A stretch of 64,000 nucleotides of DNA, taken from an uncultured Bacteroidales bacterium. Lineage in GTDB: Bacteria > Bacteroidota > Bacteroidia > Bacteroidales > VadinHA17. The stretch spans positions 172,466-236,465 of the forward strand of contig CAVWCO010000005.1 of assembly GCA_963753495.1 (NCBI GenBank). Reading direction: 5' to 3'. Below the pieces are notes generated by a model that saw nothing but the letters and a program-made list of their open reading frames with translations, was not told where the DNA came from and made no database searches. The position numbers and the translations under genes were made by a program. How positions within the stretch are numbered: the first letter of the stretch is position 1; every line of letters starts with the position of its first letter. Positions 34,273-44,305 of the stretch are shown piece after piece.

Positions 34273-34400
34273 TGATGATCAGAATCTCAGAACTCACACC
34301 CACTCTCTCCTCCATTAAAGGCAGTTGCAAAATGAAGTATAAAATCAGTATCTTTGTTTTCAGGTATTTTTAAATGTTGTTAATTTAAAAACGCAAAAGT

Positions 34401-34967
34401 ATGAAAGTCGTTAATTTGTACAGATTGACTATCCTGATGGCTGCATTTTTGGCCCTTTTCGGATGTAAGGATGATGAAGACCCTGAAGTTTCGCAATTTA
34501 TCGGCGATTTCATCATCGATGAGGCAAAACTGGCTGCAGACCTAGTACTTCCAACGGTTGAGCTGGGAAATTATACAATTCCGGCTAATACCGACATAAC
34601 AGCTGCAATTCAGTCAGCATTGCTTAAATCGATAACATGTACTCCCGCTTCTGATACCTATATCGAACTGAGGGAAGATAATTCCATTTATTTCAGTTGC
34701 AAAGGGGCAAATGCAATAAATGCAGGAGCATGGGAGGAGGTATCTGCTTCCTCAATAACACTGAACCTTAATTCCACCGCAATTCCGCCTATCGGATTCA
34801 GCCTGTTAATTACCGATGCTGTTGTTGATGCAAACGGAATTTCGGGCAAAACATCAGTGCCTTTTCAAAGTACTGTTATTGCAGGATTGATTGCTCCATT
34901 AACACTTACCCCGACTGCCCCTTCAGTCTTTATTGTAAATATCTCCATTAAGTTCACGAAAAAATAA
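34401..34967 (+). CDS. Hypothetical surface lipoprotein
   Basis: Lipobox LFGC followed by acidic KDDED export-signal-like stretch; -7 box TATCTTTG at 34349-34356. Confidence 0.75.
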   Translation: MKVVNLYRLTILMAAFLALFGCKDDEDPEVSQFIGDFIIDEAKLAADLVLPTVELGNYTIPANTDITAAIQSALLKSITCTPASDTYIELREDNSIYFSCKGANAINAGAWEEVSASSITLNLNSTAIPPIGFSLLITDAVVDANGISGKTSVPFQSTVIAGLIAPLTLTPTAPSVFIVNISIKFTKK

Positions 34968-34988
34968 CAGGTCTTATATTGGTGATTT

Positions 34989-37817
34989 TTATCTTTCGCG
35001 GGCTACATTGCCCAGAATATTATCATATACAAGGCTGACATAGTAAAGTCCTCCTATCCGGGCACTTCCAAAGCTGGTTGTATAGTAGTTGTTCAGAATA
35101 TTTGATCCTCCTAGCTTGAAGACAGTTTTAATTGCCGGGAATGTGTATGAGACCTGAGCGTCAAGACTCGTATATGCAGGAATTTTGCCTGAACCGAACG
35201 ATGATTCCCATATAAAGTTGTCCTGCCAGTGCAGATTAATGCTAAAACCAAAATTGGGAATGATTTCATGATGACCAACAGAAATGTTTGCCCTGTAAGG
35301 AGGTGAGTTGAATCTTGATTCAACTCCCGGGGAATCGATACTTTCAAGAAGTTTATTAAAGGCTATATTTGATTTGATCAGAATACCTACCGGTGTCATA
35401 TAATCGATACCAACTGCCCATCCCATTGATGAAACAGGCTCATCAGTCGTAAAATAGGTCTGATATAGCAGATCATTTTCCGTACCTGCGTCTTCGGCAA
35501 GCTGGGCAAGCAGTTGCACTGCCTCAAAGCCCTTATATTTGTTATAATAAGCATACGTGTCAAGAAACAGCTTCTTCCCAAAAAATAATCCTTTGTATCC
35601 TAATTCGATGGAGGCGACTTTTTCAGGTTTTAATCCGGGCAGCACTATTGGGCCGTTCTCTGTTACAGGCTTGTCCTTTACAGGATTTCTTCCGGACATC
35701 GGATAAAGAGGTATAGTATTAAAGTTATATTTGTTCTGAACATCCGGCATTCCCCCGACTGTCCTGAATATCCCTGCATTTATGTCAACCCACTGATCCG
35801 AAATAGACGGAAAGCGATAAGCAGTCTGTACCGTGCCTCTTATGCTTTGTTCCTTGTTTTTGTCAAGAAAAAGATCATGGAGAACCGGGGTGTATATTGA
35901 GCTTCAAAATACTGGTTTTTATCAAACCTGAACGCCCCTGTAATCCTTAGTCGATCGTTTATCAGGTTTTTATTGATCTGTATAAACGATCCAAATTGAT
36001 TGATAATGATTGGATTTCCCGGTTCATCAAAAAAAACGGTTCCATTGCTGTTTACCGAATAAACACGTTCAGAAAGGCCAACCTGTATTTCCATGAATTG
36101 AATCAGGTGTGTGAAATCATACATACCTTCAACCTGATACAATTTACTGTTGTCATACACGCTGGCTCCACCATTGTCAATTGAGCTTGATGTAATATTG
36201 TCCATCATCGTCGTTAAATTCATCAGTTCCGCTAAGAGGAAAAGCAGGTTTTGAGGCATCGAATATAACTCCTGTATTCAAGTCTCTGTTATCTGATACT
36301 AGTCTTGCAAACTGGTGAGCATTAGTCATATTTCCAGTAAGAAGGGCAGTTTGTGTATATGCTTTAAGATAATCAGAGAACCATTGTTCGGATGGTTTCC
36401 ATGCTTCGTTAAGGCGAAGGGCGGCACCGCCAATGTCATATGATGGACCTGAGTTTTCTGTCACACCGTAAGCTCTTAAATTGTAGTTAGGATTTTTCAG
36501 TTCAAGCTTACCTGAAAGAATATTGAATTCCCGTGCGGCAAACCGGTTCTGGGCTGTATAAACACTTGTTCCCTGTGAATAGCCCGTCTGGGCTATTGCT
36601 TCGGTTCTCTCGTTGATAAAATAATGTAATGACCCTGCAAACCTCATGTTCTCAGTCTTGTCATCAGCCAGGTCGCTCTCGATCCAACCCGTTCGCGTAA
36701 TAAGCTGATCAGGGAAATACTGAATTGCCTTATTGTAGAGAGCTTCGTATTCAGGAGTGCCCTCCGATATTCCCTGAGATTCTGCAATTCCGTTAATAAT
36801 TTGAGGGGCAACATCTTTGAGATTCACGGAAACAAGGGTTTCATCGCCATACATATTTACACCATCATAACCGGGATCTGAAATACGCGTTTTTGATGGA
36901 TCATCCAGGTAAGAACGATTTCTCAAATCATCTGCATGCCAATCTGTGGCGCTAAGGTATGATCCGGTAATTTTAAAAGCCATCCTGTTGCTGAAGGCTT
37001 TGGCATACCTGAAATTAAGATCAAATAAGGGACTTGGACTCACCAGTGACCCGGATGCGATATTCATTATGCCGGACTGTAATGCAATTGTAAGTCCCTG
37101 GTACTGGAAAGGACTTTTACTTTCCATGACAAGAGTACCATTCATTCCACCGGGTCCATAAAGGGCAGTAGAAGCTCCAACAACCATTTCAAGACTCTTA
37201 ACGTCGATCTGTGGTAATCCGAATATGTTTCCTGCTGCAAAGCTCAATCCGGGTGAAATATTTTCGACACCGTCGATAATCTGATTCATCCGATAATTTG
37301 TATAATCATTAAATCCCCTTGTATTGGGCAGGCTGAAAGTAAGACCGTGAACATTCATATCAACACCTTTCAGCTGGTAAAGTCCATCGTAAAAATTGGC
37401 TGTTGAAATCTGTTTCAGGTCGCGAAGGTTCAGTTTTTCAACGCTGACAGGAGACCTCAGGATATTTTCCTCAATACGGCTAGCTGAAATAATGACTTCC
37501 TGCCCGAGCAAATACTGTTCTTCCATTTTAATATCCAGGTCAACTTGTGCTTCATTCACCTCAACTTCCTTTTTCACATAACCCACATAAGAGAACAATA
37601 ATGTAACTGGCAACTTCGGACTTTTCAGCACAAAAATCCCGTCGTTTCCAGTAATTGTACCATATACCTGGCCTTTAACAGTAATATTTACACCTGCCAT
37701 AACCTCACCCGAATTCAGGTCAGTCACTTTCCCTTTAATCTCATAATTCTGAGGTATCGCAAGACTAAAGTTCAGGCTTGAATATATAATTACGAATATT
37801 AATGCAGGGGTTTTCAT
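34989..37817 (-). CDS. TonB-dependent receptor, split by indels
   Basis: N-terminal CarboxypepD_reg-like domain (LLFSYVGY), EVIISASR, plug ASTALYGPGGMNG; C-terminal KLGGSNILN...GGLYYVSL. Confidence 0.88.
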
Positions 37818-37991
37818 AATTTACAAAGAAAACATAGCAAAAATAACTTAACAGACCTGACTTTTTATCTGCGTTGTCCTGGTAATAATTGGGTCTAAAT
37901 TTATAAAAAGAAACAATTCTGATCCTTTTTATGCTTTAAAAGTTCTATTTTACCAGTCTTACCTATAGATGGCACGTTCGGGGTGAATTAT

Positions 37992-38309
37992 CTAATTCCC
38001 GACTATAGCTTCCAGTTCTTCCCGGGTGAGTACCGGTGATTCGTGATTACGGATTTTTTCAACAACGAGCTCTCCAGTTTTTCTTGCTGTTCGCCTGGTG
38101 CTGAAAGGAACCTGCCCTTCGACCACGGGCATATAAGGCTGATGTATGTAGGTTTTATTATTCTTTACTATATCATAACCCCAGCCCTGTTCACTTTTAT
38201 ACAATTCTAGCTCATAAAAATGCCCTCTTTTGGTGAAAATGATAGTAAGAAGAACGATCACCAGGAAGAGGGCAAAAATCAATAAGATTTTTTTGTTAAT
38301 CATTTTCAT
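37992..38309 (-). CDS. DUF4907-like small membrane protein
   Basis: N-terminal TM; GWGYDI, IHQPYMPVVEG and A..TGELVVEKI motifs; start overlaps the Kelch gene stop. Confidence 0.75.
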   Translation of the reverse strand: MKMINKKILLIFALFLVIVLLTIIFTKRGHFYELELYKSEQGWGYDIVKNNKTYIHQPYMPVVEGQVPFSTRRTARKTGELVVEKIRNHESPVLTREELEAIVGN

Positions 38310-39309
38310 TGAACTCGGCAGCAGGATCAAAAGCCCAGATATCATCAAAATAATAAGATGAACTTTTTCCTGTTGTCAGGTATCCTCTGCTTCCAATAGC
38401 AAACCCGACGGCATCCGTCCTGATAGTTCCTTCAAAATTTGATTTCTCTTTCCAGAGATCGGTGCCGGGATCATATTCCCAGGTTTCTACTCCGGTTGTT
38501 TGGCCGCCGGTTGCAAGATACCCCTTGCCGTTTACTGTGAATCCTACTTTACCGGTGCCCTTTATTGTTATGTACTTGTCATCGTATGTCTCGTCGGATG
38601 TATCTGAAATGTCTCTTTTCTTAGTCCAGATATCTGTTGCCGGATCATATACCCATATATCATTCAGATATTCTCCGTTATCAATACCACCAACGACGTA
38701 ACCTTTTCCGCTGATAACAAAACAACCTGCCTTATAGCGTTTGCTCCCCCCGATACTTGATATTTTCTTCCAGGCATCAGTTGCCGGATCATATTCCCAG
38801 AAATCCTTAAAGTAGAGCACACTATCGCCGGTACCGACATAACCTTTGTTATTTATGACCATCGCAACAGCTCCGCGCCTCGCCGATCCGCCAAAGTCAG
38901 CTTTCTGTGTCCACTGATTTGAAGCCGGATCATATTCATAAAAATCCTTAAGCCTGTTTTTTCCGTCATATCCGGTTCCAATATAACCTTTTGTATCAGT
39001 TCCGAATCCAACAGCGTCGGCCCTTCCTACTCCTGGAAAATTAGCTTTTTGGGTCCATGAATTCTTTGTAGCATCATATTCCCAGAAATCAGATTGTCTT
39101 TTATCACCGTCATACCCAGTTCCGATATAGCCTTTGTTACCAATGGTGAAGCCAACAGCATCAGTACGGGGTATGCCGTCAAAGTCAGATAACTCTACCC
39201 AGTTGCCAATAAGTACTTCTTCTTCGTCCCCGTTACATGAATTAAAGAATGGGACTATAATAAGCAGAATTAAAACTTTGATCCAAATACCAACATTTTT
39301 GTATATCAT
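38296..39309 (-). CDS. Kelch-repeat beta-propeller lipoprotein
   Basis: Lipobox FNSC; six repeats of R.DAVGF...KGYIGTG...DFWEYDP..W. Confidence 0.9.
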   Translation of the reverse strand: MIYKNVGIWIKVLILLIIVPFFNSCNGDEEEVLIGNWVELSDFDGIPRTDAVGFTIGNKGYIGTGYDGDKRQSDFWEYDATKNSWTQKANFPGVGRADAVGFGTDTKGYIGTGYDGKNRLKDFYEYDPASNQWTQKADFGGSARRGAVAMVINNKGYVGTGDSVLYFKDFWEYDPATDAWKKISSIGGSKRYKAGCFVISGKGYVVGGIDNGEYLNDIWVYDPATDIWTKKRDISDTSDETYDDKYITIKGTGKVGFTVNGKGYLATGGQTTGVETWEYDPGTDLWKEKSNFEGTIRTDAVGFAIGSRGYLTTGKSSSYYFDDIWAFDPAAEFNEND

Positions 39310-39373
39310 GCTTTATATTTTTATGTAAAAATAAACACAAAACTATCTGAAGGTAACTTCAATAAAAAGCTTA

Positions 39374-39422
39374 GTAGATATATGCCGTGAAATTGTAGAC
39401 AAGAAGCTATATATAATCGATA
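39374..39422. promoter_or_regulatory. Putative LytTR-type direct repeats with 21-bp period
   Basis: GTAGATA (39374), GTAGACA (39395) and ATCGATA (39416) in the divergent Kelch/DUF4270 promoter region. Confidence 0.5.
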
Positions 39423-39582
39423 AAACTTAATTAATTAAGCAAATCCGCGTCGCAACAAAGGTTATTGACAAGGCTTTTAGAAATATCTTTACAAAATGCC
39501 ATTAGGTCTACTCTTTTGCCGTGTTTGTATATTTTGCTTTGTTCCCATCCTCTTTTAGTATTCATTTGCATAAACTGAAAGA

Positions 39583-40935
39583 TTGATGAAGGGTAATGGT
39601 GAGGGTAAGGAAGGTAAGCAAATCTTCTCATTTACAAGGGTTTTTTTATTAATTCCAATCATTTTTGTTACAGGACTGATTTTTATTTCCTCCTGTACAA
39701 AAAAGTACGAATTTACCATGGGTGAGGATTTTTTAGATTCGCAGACCAGGTTACAGGTAATAGATACTTTCAGTGTGAATCTTTCTACAGTTCTGTTGGA
39801 TTCACTTAAAACATCATCAACAAAAATAGCTTTGGCCGGAAATTACAGAGATGATATTTTCGGTTCTGTAAATGTAGGAGCTTACTTTGATCTGGGTTAT
39901 CAGGATTTTGAAGATATTGAAGATAAGGCAATATACGATTCAGCCGCTTTTATCCTGAGGTATAACGGTTACAGTTACGGTGACACCACATCGCTGCTTA
40001 AACTCGACATTCATATGCTGACTGAAAATATTGAACCTTATTCAGGCTATCTATATAATACCTCATCATTTGATTTCTCGCCTGAAGTTATCGGCAGCGT
40101 TAGTTTTTATCCGGCACCTGAATCTGCTGATACAGCAGTCCATCTTCCTGTTAATACACTTGGCGAAGATTTATTTAACAAGATCAGGGATAACGATGAA
40201 AACCTTTCCAATTCAGAACTGTTCAGCGATTATCTGAAAGGTTTCGTAATAACTTCCGGATCTCCCGATAATAAGTCAGTAATTGGTTTTACTGCTGATG
40301 ATGACAATTTGAAGCTTATTATTTATTACCATCAGGATGCAGAAGAACCTGAACTGAAAGAGATCACTCTTTCTATGGGTCAGGAGAATCACCAGTTTAA
40401 TAATGTGAAATTTGATCATACCAATACTCCATTGAATGACATCAGGACGGAAGGTAATGTTATGCCCTCAACCCGGACCGATAACTATGGGTTTTTACAG
40501 GGGATGGTAGGTCTGATTCCTAAATTGCAGTTTCCAACTCTGCAGGAAATTCTTGCAGTACAAAGATGGAAAATCCTTAAAGCCGAGCTTGTTCTTGAAC
40601 CTGTTTACGAAAGTTACGACCTGTTCAGATTGCCTGAAAATCTATATATTTATGATACCGACCGGGAGAACAGGGTTAATACAATACTTCTGGATGACAA
40701 GGGAAATCCATTAACTGCAACATTGGAACAGGATGATATATATGAAGAGGAAGTACGATATACATATGATATCACAAAATTTATCAATGATGAGCTTTCT
40801 GATGCATATTTCGATTATGATCACGGATTGATGCCCGGATTGGCCGACGATGACTTCACGTCATCATTGGACAGGCTGCTGATTGAGTGCAAATATCCTC
40901 CAATAAAACTCAGAATATATTTCTTAACATACTGA
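39583..40935 (+). CDS. DUF4270-like lipoprotein (start uncertain)
   Basis: Lipobox ISSC; IDTFSVNLSTV, AGNYRDDIFG, YDSAAFIL.Y.GYSYGDT and KLRIYF motifs. Confidence 0.7.
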   Translation: MMKGNGEGKEGKQIFSFTRVFLLIPIIFVTGLIFISSCTKKYEFTMGEDFLDSQTRLQVIDTFSVNLSTVLLDSLKTSSTKIALAGNYRDDIFGSVNVGAYFDLGYQDFEDIEDKAIYDSAAFILRYNGYSYGDTTSLLKLDIHMLTENIEPYSGYLYNTSSFDFSPEVIGSVSFYPAPESADTAVHLPVNTLGEDLFNKIRDNDENLSNSELFSDYLKGFVITSGSPDNKSVIGFTADDDNLKLIIYYHQDAEEPELKEITLSMGQENHQFNNVKFDHTNTPLNDIRTEGNVMPSTRTDNYGFLQGMVGLIPKLQFPTLQEILAVQRWKILKAELVLEPVYESYDLFRLPENLYIYDTDRENRVNTILLDDKGNPLTATLEQDDIYEEEVRYTYDITKFINDELSDAYFDYDHGLMPGLADDDFTSSLDRLLIECKYPPIKLRIYFLTY

Positions 40936-40936
40936 T

Positions 40937-42166
40937 ATGATAATGCCAAGGCTCCTTAAGAATTCTGCTCTGATATTATCGCTACTGTTATCAGGGGCCG
41001 GCACTTTGCTTGCGCAGTCAACCTCATCACCATATTCAATTTTTGGGATCGGGATACTGGAAGGAAACAGTATAGGACCTTCAAAAGGAATGGGAGGAAC
41101 AGGTATTGCCTTCTTATCTGACATGTCAGTCAACTCAATGAATCCTGCTTCTTATAGCGGTATCGACAGTCTGCTGACCATTTTTGAAGTTGGAATCTTC
41201 GGGAAATATTCATCATTCTCGACATTGCAGGATAAACAATCAGATGTAAATGCAAATCTCAAATACGTGCTTATGGGATTCAGGGTAAATCCCAGGCTGG
41301 CAACAAGTTTCGGCTTTATGCCGGTCAGCTCGATAGGTTATAATATAAATGCCAAAGCGCCTATTGAAGGAACCAATCAGCAGTACATTGAAACTTATTC
41401 GGGAACAGGAGGGGTGAACCAGATATATGGCGGAGCTTCATTAAAAATACTGAAGAATCTTTCGATCGGGGTTAATGCAGCATATCTTTTCGGAAATATC
41501 ACCCGGACGGAATCATCGGCTGCTTTTAATTATTCCTATAAGGATGTTACCTATGTCGCCAACTTCGATTTCAATTATGGATTGAATTATCAGTTAAAGA
41601 TCAAAAAGTGGAAATATAATCTGGGAATAATCTACAGCCGGTCGAAGGACCTCAGGACTAAGAATACCACGACAATAACAACACCAACCGGAACTGAAAC
41701 TCTGAAAGAATACACTTACGACTATTCAATCCCTCAGAACCTGGGTGCAGGAATTGCAGTAAGCAAGGGATTTTTCAGGGCAGGAATCGATTTTGAGCGG
41801 AGCGACTGGCAGAATATAGAGTTTACAAATGTCTACTTTCAGACCAGGAACAGCAACCGGTACTCATTCGGCGCTGAGTTCCCTCTACCGGGCGACAGAA
41901 AAGGAACAGGTAAGATGATATTTCTGCGATTTGGCGGTGACTACCGTCAGTCATATCTGCTGGTTGACAATATACCTATTGATGGAGGAACACTTACATT
42001 CGGTACAGGATTACCCCTTAAAGGTACCCTGAATGCGATCAACATCGCCCTGGAATTTGGAACCATCGGCACCACAAAAAGAGGACTTATCCGGGAGGAT
42101 TATATCGGGATACATCTTGATATGTCGCTGAGGGATTTATGGTTCAGGAAGAGGATGTACGACTAA
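40937..42166 (+). CDS. Outer-membrane beta-barrel, FadL/OmpP1-like
   Basis: Signal peptide; SPYSIFGIG, GMGGTGIA and NPASYS; C-terminal WFRKRMYD. Confidence 0.75.
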   Translation: MIMPRLLKNSALILSLLLSGAGTLLAQSTSSPYSIFGIGILEGNSIGPSKGMGGTGIAFLSDMSVNSMNPASYSGIDSLLTIFEVGIFGKYSSFSTLQDKQSDVNANLKYVLMGFRVNPRLATSFGFMPVSSIGYNINAKAPIEGTNQQYIETYSGTGGVNQIYGGASLKILKNLSIGVNAAYLFGNITRTESSAAFNYSYKDVTYVANFDFNYGLNYQLKIKKWKYNLGIIYSRSKDLRTKNTTTITTPTGTETLKEYTYDYSIPQNLGAGIAVSKGFFRAGIDFERSDWQNIEFTNVYFQTRNSNRYSFGAEFPLPGDRKGTGKMIFLRFGGDYRQSYLLVDNIPIDGGTLTFGTGLPLKGTLNAINIALEFGTIGTTKRGLIREDYIGIHLDMSLRDLWFRKRMYD

Positions 42167-42170
42167 ATCC

Positions 42171-42902
42171 TTAAATCAGGTTTTTATTAACCATTTCAAA
42201 AAATGAGGTCCTGTAGGATTCTCCTATCGGGATCCTTTGATTACCAATTACTATCCTGCTGTTTTCTATCATGTCGATCTTATCGACCGAAATGATATAT
42301 GATTTATGGACTCTGAAAAAAGTTACTGACGGAAGTTTTTCAAGAATATTCTTCATTGTTGTTTTTGTAAGAATAAGCTTTCCCTCAGTATAGATCTTAA
42401 CATAATCTTTCAAACCCTCGATATAGAGGATATCATTCAGATTGACCCGGATTGTGCTGTATTCTACTTTTACCATAAGAAACTCATGGGATGAATCCCG
42501 GATTCCTCCGCCGGAAGCATCAGCAGGTTTTTTAAGTTTTAAAAGCTGGAAAGCCTTATTGACCGATTTGGAAAACCTGTCGAAAGCAAACGGTTTTACA
42601 AGATAATCGACAGCATCACATTCAAATCCGTCAAATGCATATTCCTTATATGCGGTTGCAAAAATTATCATTGGCGGATTATAAAGAGTTTTAAGGAATT
42701 CCAGCCCTGATATCTGGGGCATCATTATATCGAGAAAAATCAGGTCGACCTGATTGTCGTTAATAGTATGAACGGCTTCAAAGGGATTTGTGAAAGTACC
42801 AATCAGATTGACATACTGAATTCTTGAACAAAATTCACTTATTATCCTGAGCGCTGAGGGCTCATCATCAATTGCGATGCAGTTAAGTACGTTATTCTTC
42901 AT
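42171..42902 (-). CDS. LytTR-family response regulator
   Basis: Receiver (IDDE, FLDIMMP, DYLVKP) plus LytTR domain (ILYIEGLKDYV, FRVHKSYI). Confidence 0.95.
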   Translation of the reverse strand: MKNNVLNCIAIDDEPSALRIISEFCSRIQYVNLIGTFTNPFEAVHTINDNQVDLIFLDIMMPQISGLEFLKTLYNPPMIIFATAYKEYAFDGFECDAVDYLVKPFAFDRFSKSVNKAFQLLKLKKPADASGGGIRDSSHEFLMVKVEYSTIRVNLNDILYIEGLKDYVKIYTEGKLILTKTTMKNILEKLPSVTFFRVHKSYIISVDKIDMIENSRIVIGNQRIPIGESYRTSFFEMVNKNLI

Positions 42903-42915
42903 TAACTGCCCCCTT

Positions 42916-44112
42916 TCACACCCTGCCCGGGTATATTTTCAGTGCCTCTGCAAGAGTCTCCATTGCGTTTTTCAGATCATCAATTTTAAGGACATAAGCT
43001 ATTCTGACCTCATTCTTGCCGAGCCCTGTGGTTGAGTAGAAACCTGATGCCGGAGCCAGCATTACAGTCTGATTCCTGTAATTAAATTCCTCAAGAAGCC
43101 ATTGTGCAAATTTGTCTGAATCATCAACAGGCAGTCTGGCAACAGTGTAAAATGCGCCTTTCGGTTTCGGACAATATACCCCTGGCATTTTGTTCAGTGC
43201 ATCAACCATGTAGTTTCTCCTTGCAGTGTATTCTTTGTTGACTTCTTTAAAATAGTCAGGTGGAGTATCAATTGAAGCTTCGCCTGCTATCTGGCCTAAT
43301 CCGGGAGGAGAGAGACGGGCCTGGGCGAACTTCAGCGCTGTAGAAATTATCTCTTTGTTTTTACTGATAAGGGCTCCGATGCGTAACCCGCATTCACTGT
43401 AACGTTTTGAGACTGAGTCAACCATAATAACATTTTTTTCAATACCTTCGAGATTCATGGCAGAGAAATGTTCTGCCCCGTCATAGCAGAACTCCCTGTA
43501 AGCCTCATCTGAAAACAGGAAAAGATCATGTTTTTTCACTATATCCCTGAGATGTAACAACTCTTCTTTTGAATAGAGATATCCTGTCGGATTATTGGGA
43601 TTGCATACTATGATGCCTTTTGTTTTTGGAGTGATCTTTTTTTCAATTTCATTTATCGGTGGAAGTGCAAAATCATCAGTAATTGAAGAAGTTACCGGAA
43701 CAATCTTAACACCCGCCGAAACAGCAAATCCATTATAATTGGCATAGAAAGGTTCAGGTGTAATAACTTCTTCGCCTGGATTTACACATGCCATCAGGGC
43801 AAACATAACTGCCTCCGAGCCACCGGTGGTTATAAGAATCTCAGTTTGGTCAATATTAATTCCTATACTCCTGTAAAATGCGGCGAGCTTAAGCCTGTAT
43901 GATTCATTCCCTGCTGAATGGCTGTAGGCAATTACCTTAATGTCAATATTACGGATAGCATTAAGTGCCACATCAGGAGTAGGGATGTCAGGCTGGCCTA
44001 TATTGAGGTGGTAGACTTTTATTCCTTTCCTCTTTGCTTCTTCAGAGTAAGGTACAAGTCTCCTGATCGGTGAAGCTGGCATTAACCTGCCTTTTTCTGA
44101 TATTGATGGCAT
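42916..44112 (-). CDS. PLP-dependent class I/II aminotransferase
   Basis: LNIGQPD, CNPNNPTG, SDEAYREF and DSVSKRYSECGLRIG; -7 box at 44148-44155 on the minus strand. Confidence 0.92.
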   Translation of the reverse strand: MPSISEKGRLMPASPIRRLVPYSEEAKRKGIKVYHLNIGQPDIPTPDVALNAIRNIDIKVIAYSHSAGNESYRLKLAAFYRSIGINIDQTEILITTGGSEAVMFALMACVNPGEEVITPEPFYANYNGFAVSAGVKIVPVTSSITDDFALPPINEIEKKITPKTKGIIVCNPNNPTGYLYSKEELLHLRDIVKKHDLFLFSDEAYREFCYDGAEHFSAMNLEGIEKNVIMVDSVSKRYSECGLRIGALISKNKEIISTALKFAQARLSPPGLGQIAGEASIDTPPDYFKEVNKEYTARRNYMVDALNKMPGVYCPKPKGAFYTVARLPVDDSDKFAQWLLEEFNYRNQTVMLAPASGFYSTTGLGKNEVRIAYVLKIDDLKNAMETLAEALKIYPGRV

Positions 44113-44305
44113 ATTGTATAAAGTATAAAACCGGTTTTAAAGTAATACAAAAGTAATTTAATTGCAGACCTGATATGATGATTTCTGAGGTTTTAAGTAT
44201 TTTTTCCGGATTCTGATGATCGGACCTTTTAATTCCTGAACCCGTTATTACGACTTATTTTTATAATTTTGCACTTCATTTAAATAATCCTATAAAAGGT
44301 TTATC

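Noticed and set aside
38296-39309. Recurrent GGATCATATTCCCA-like DNA repeats
   Set aside because: Explained by Kelch blade repeats (WEYDP).
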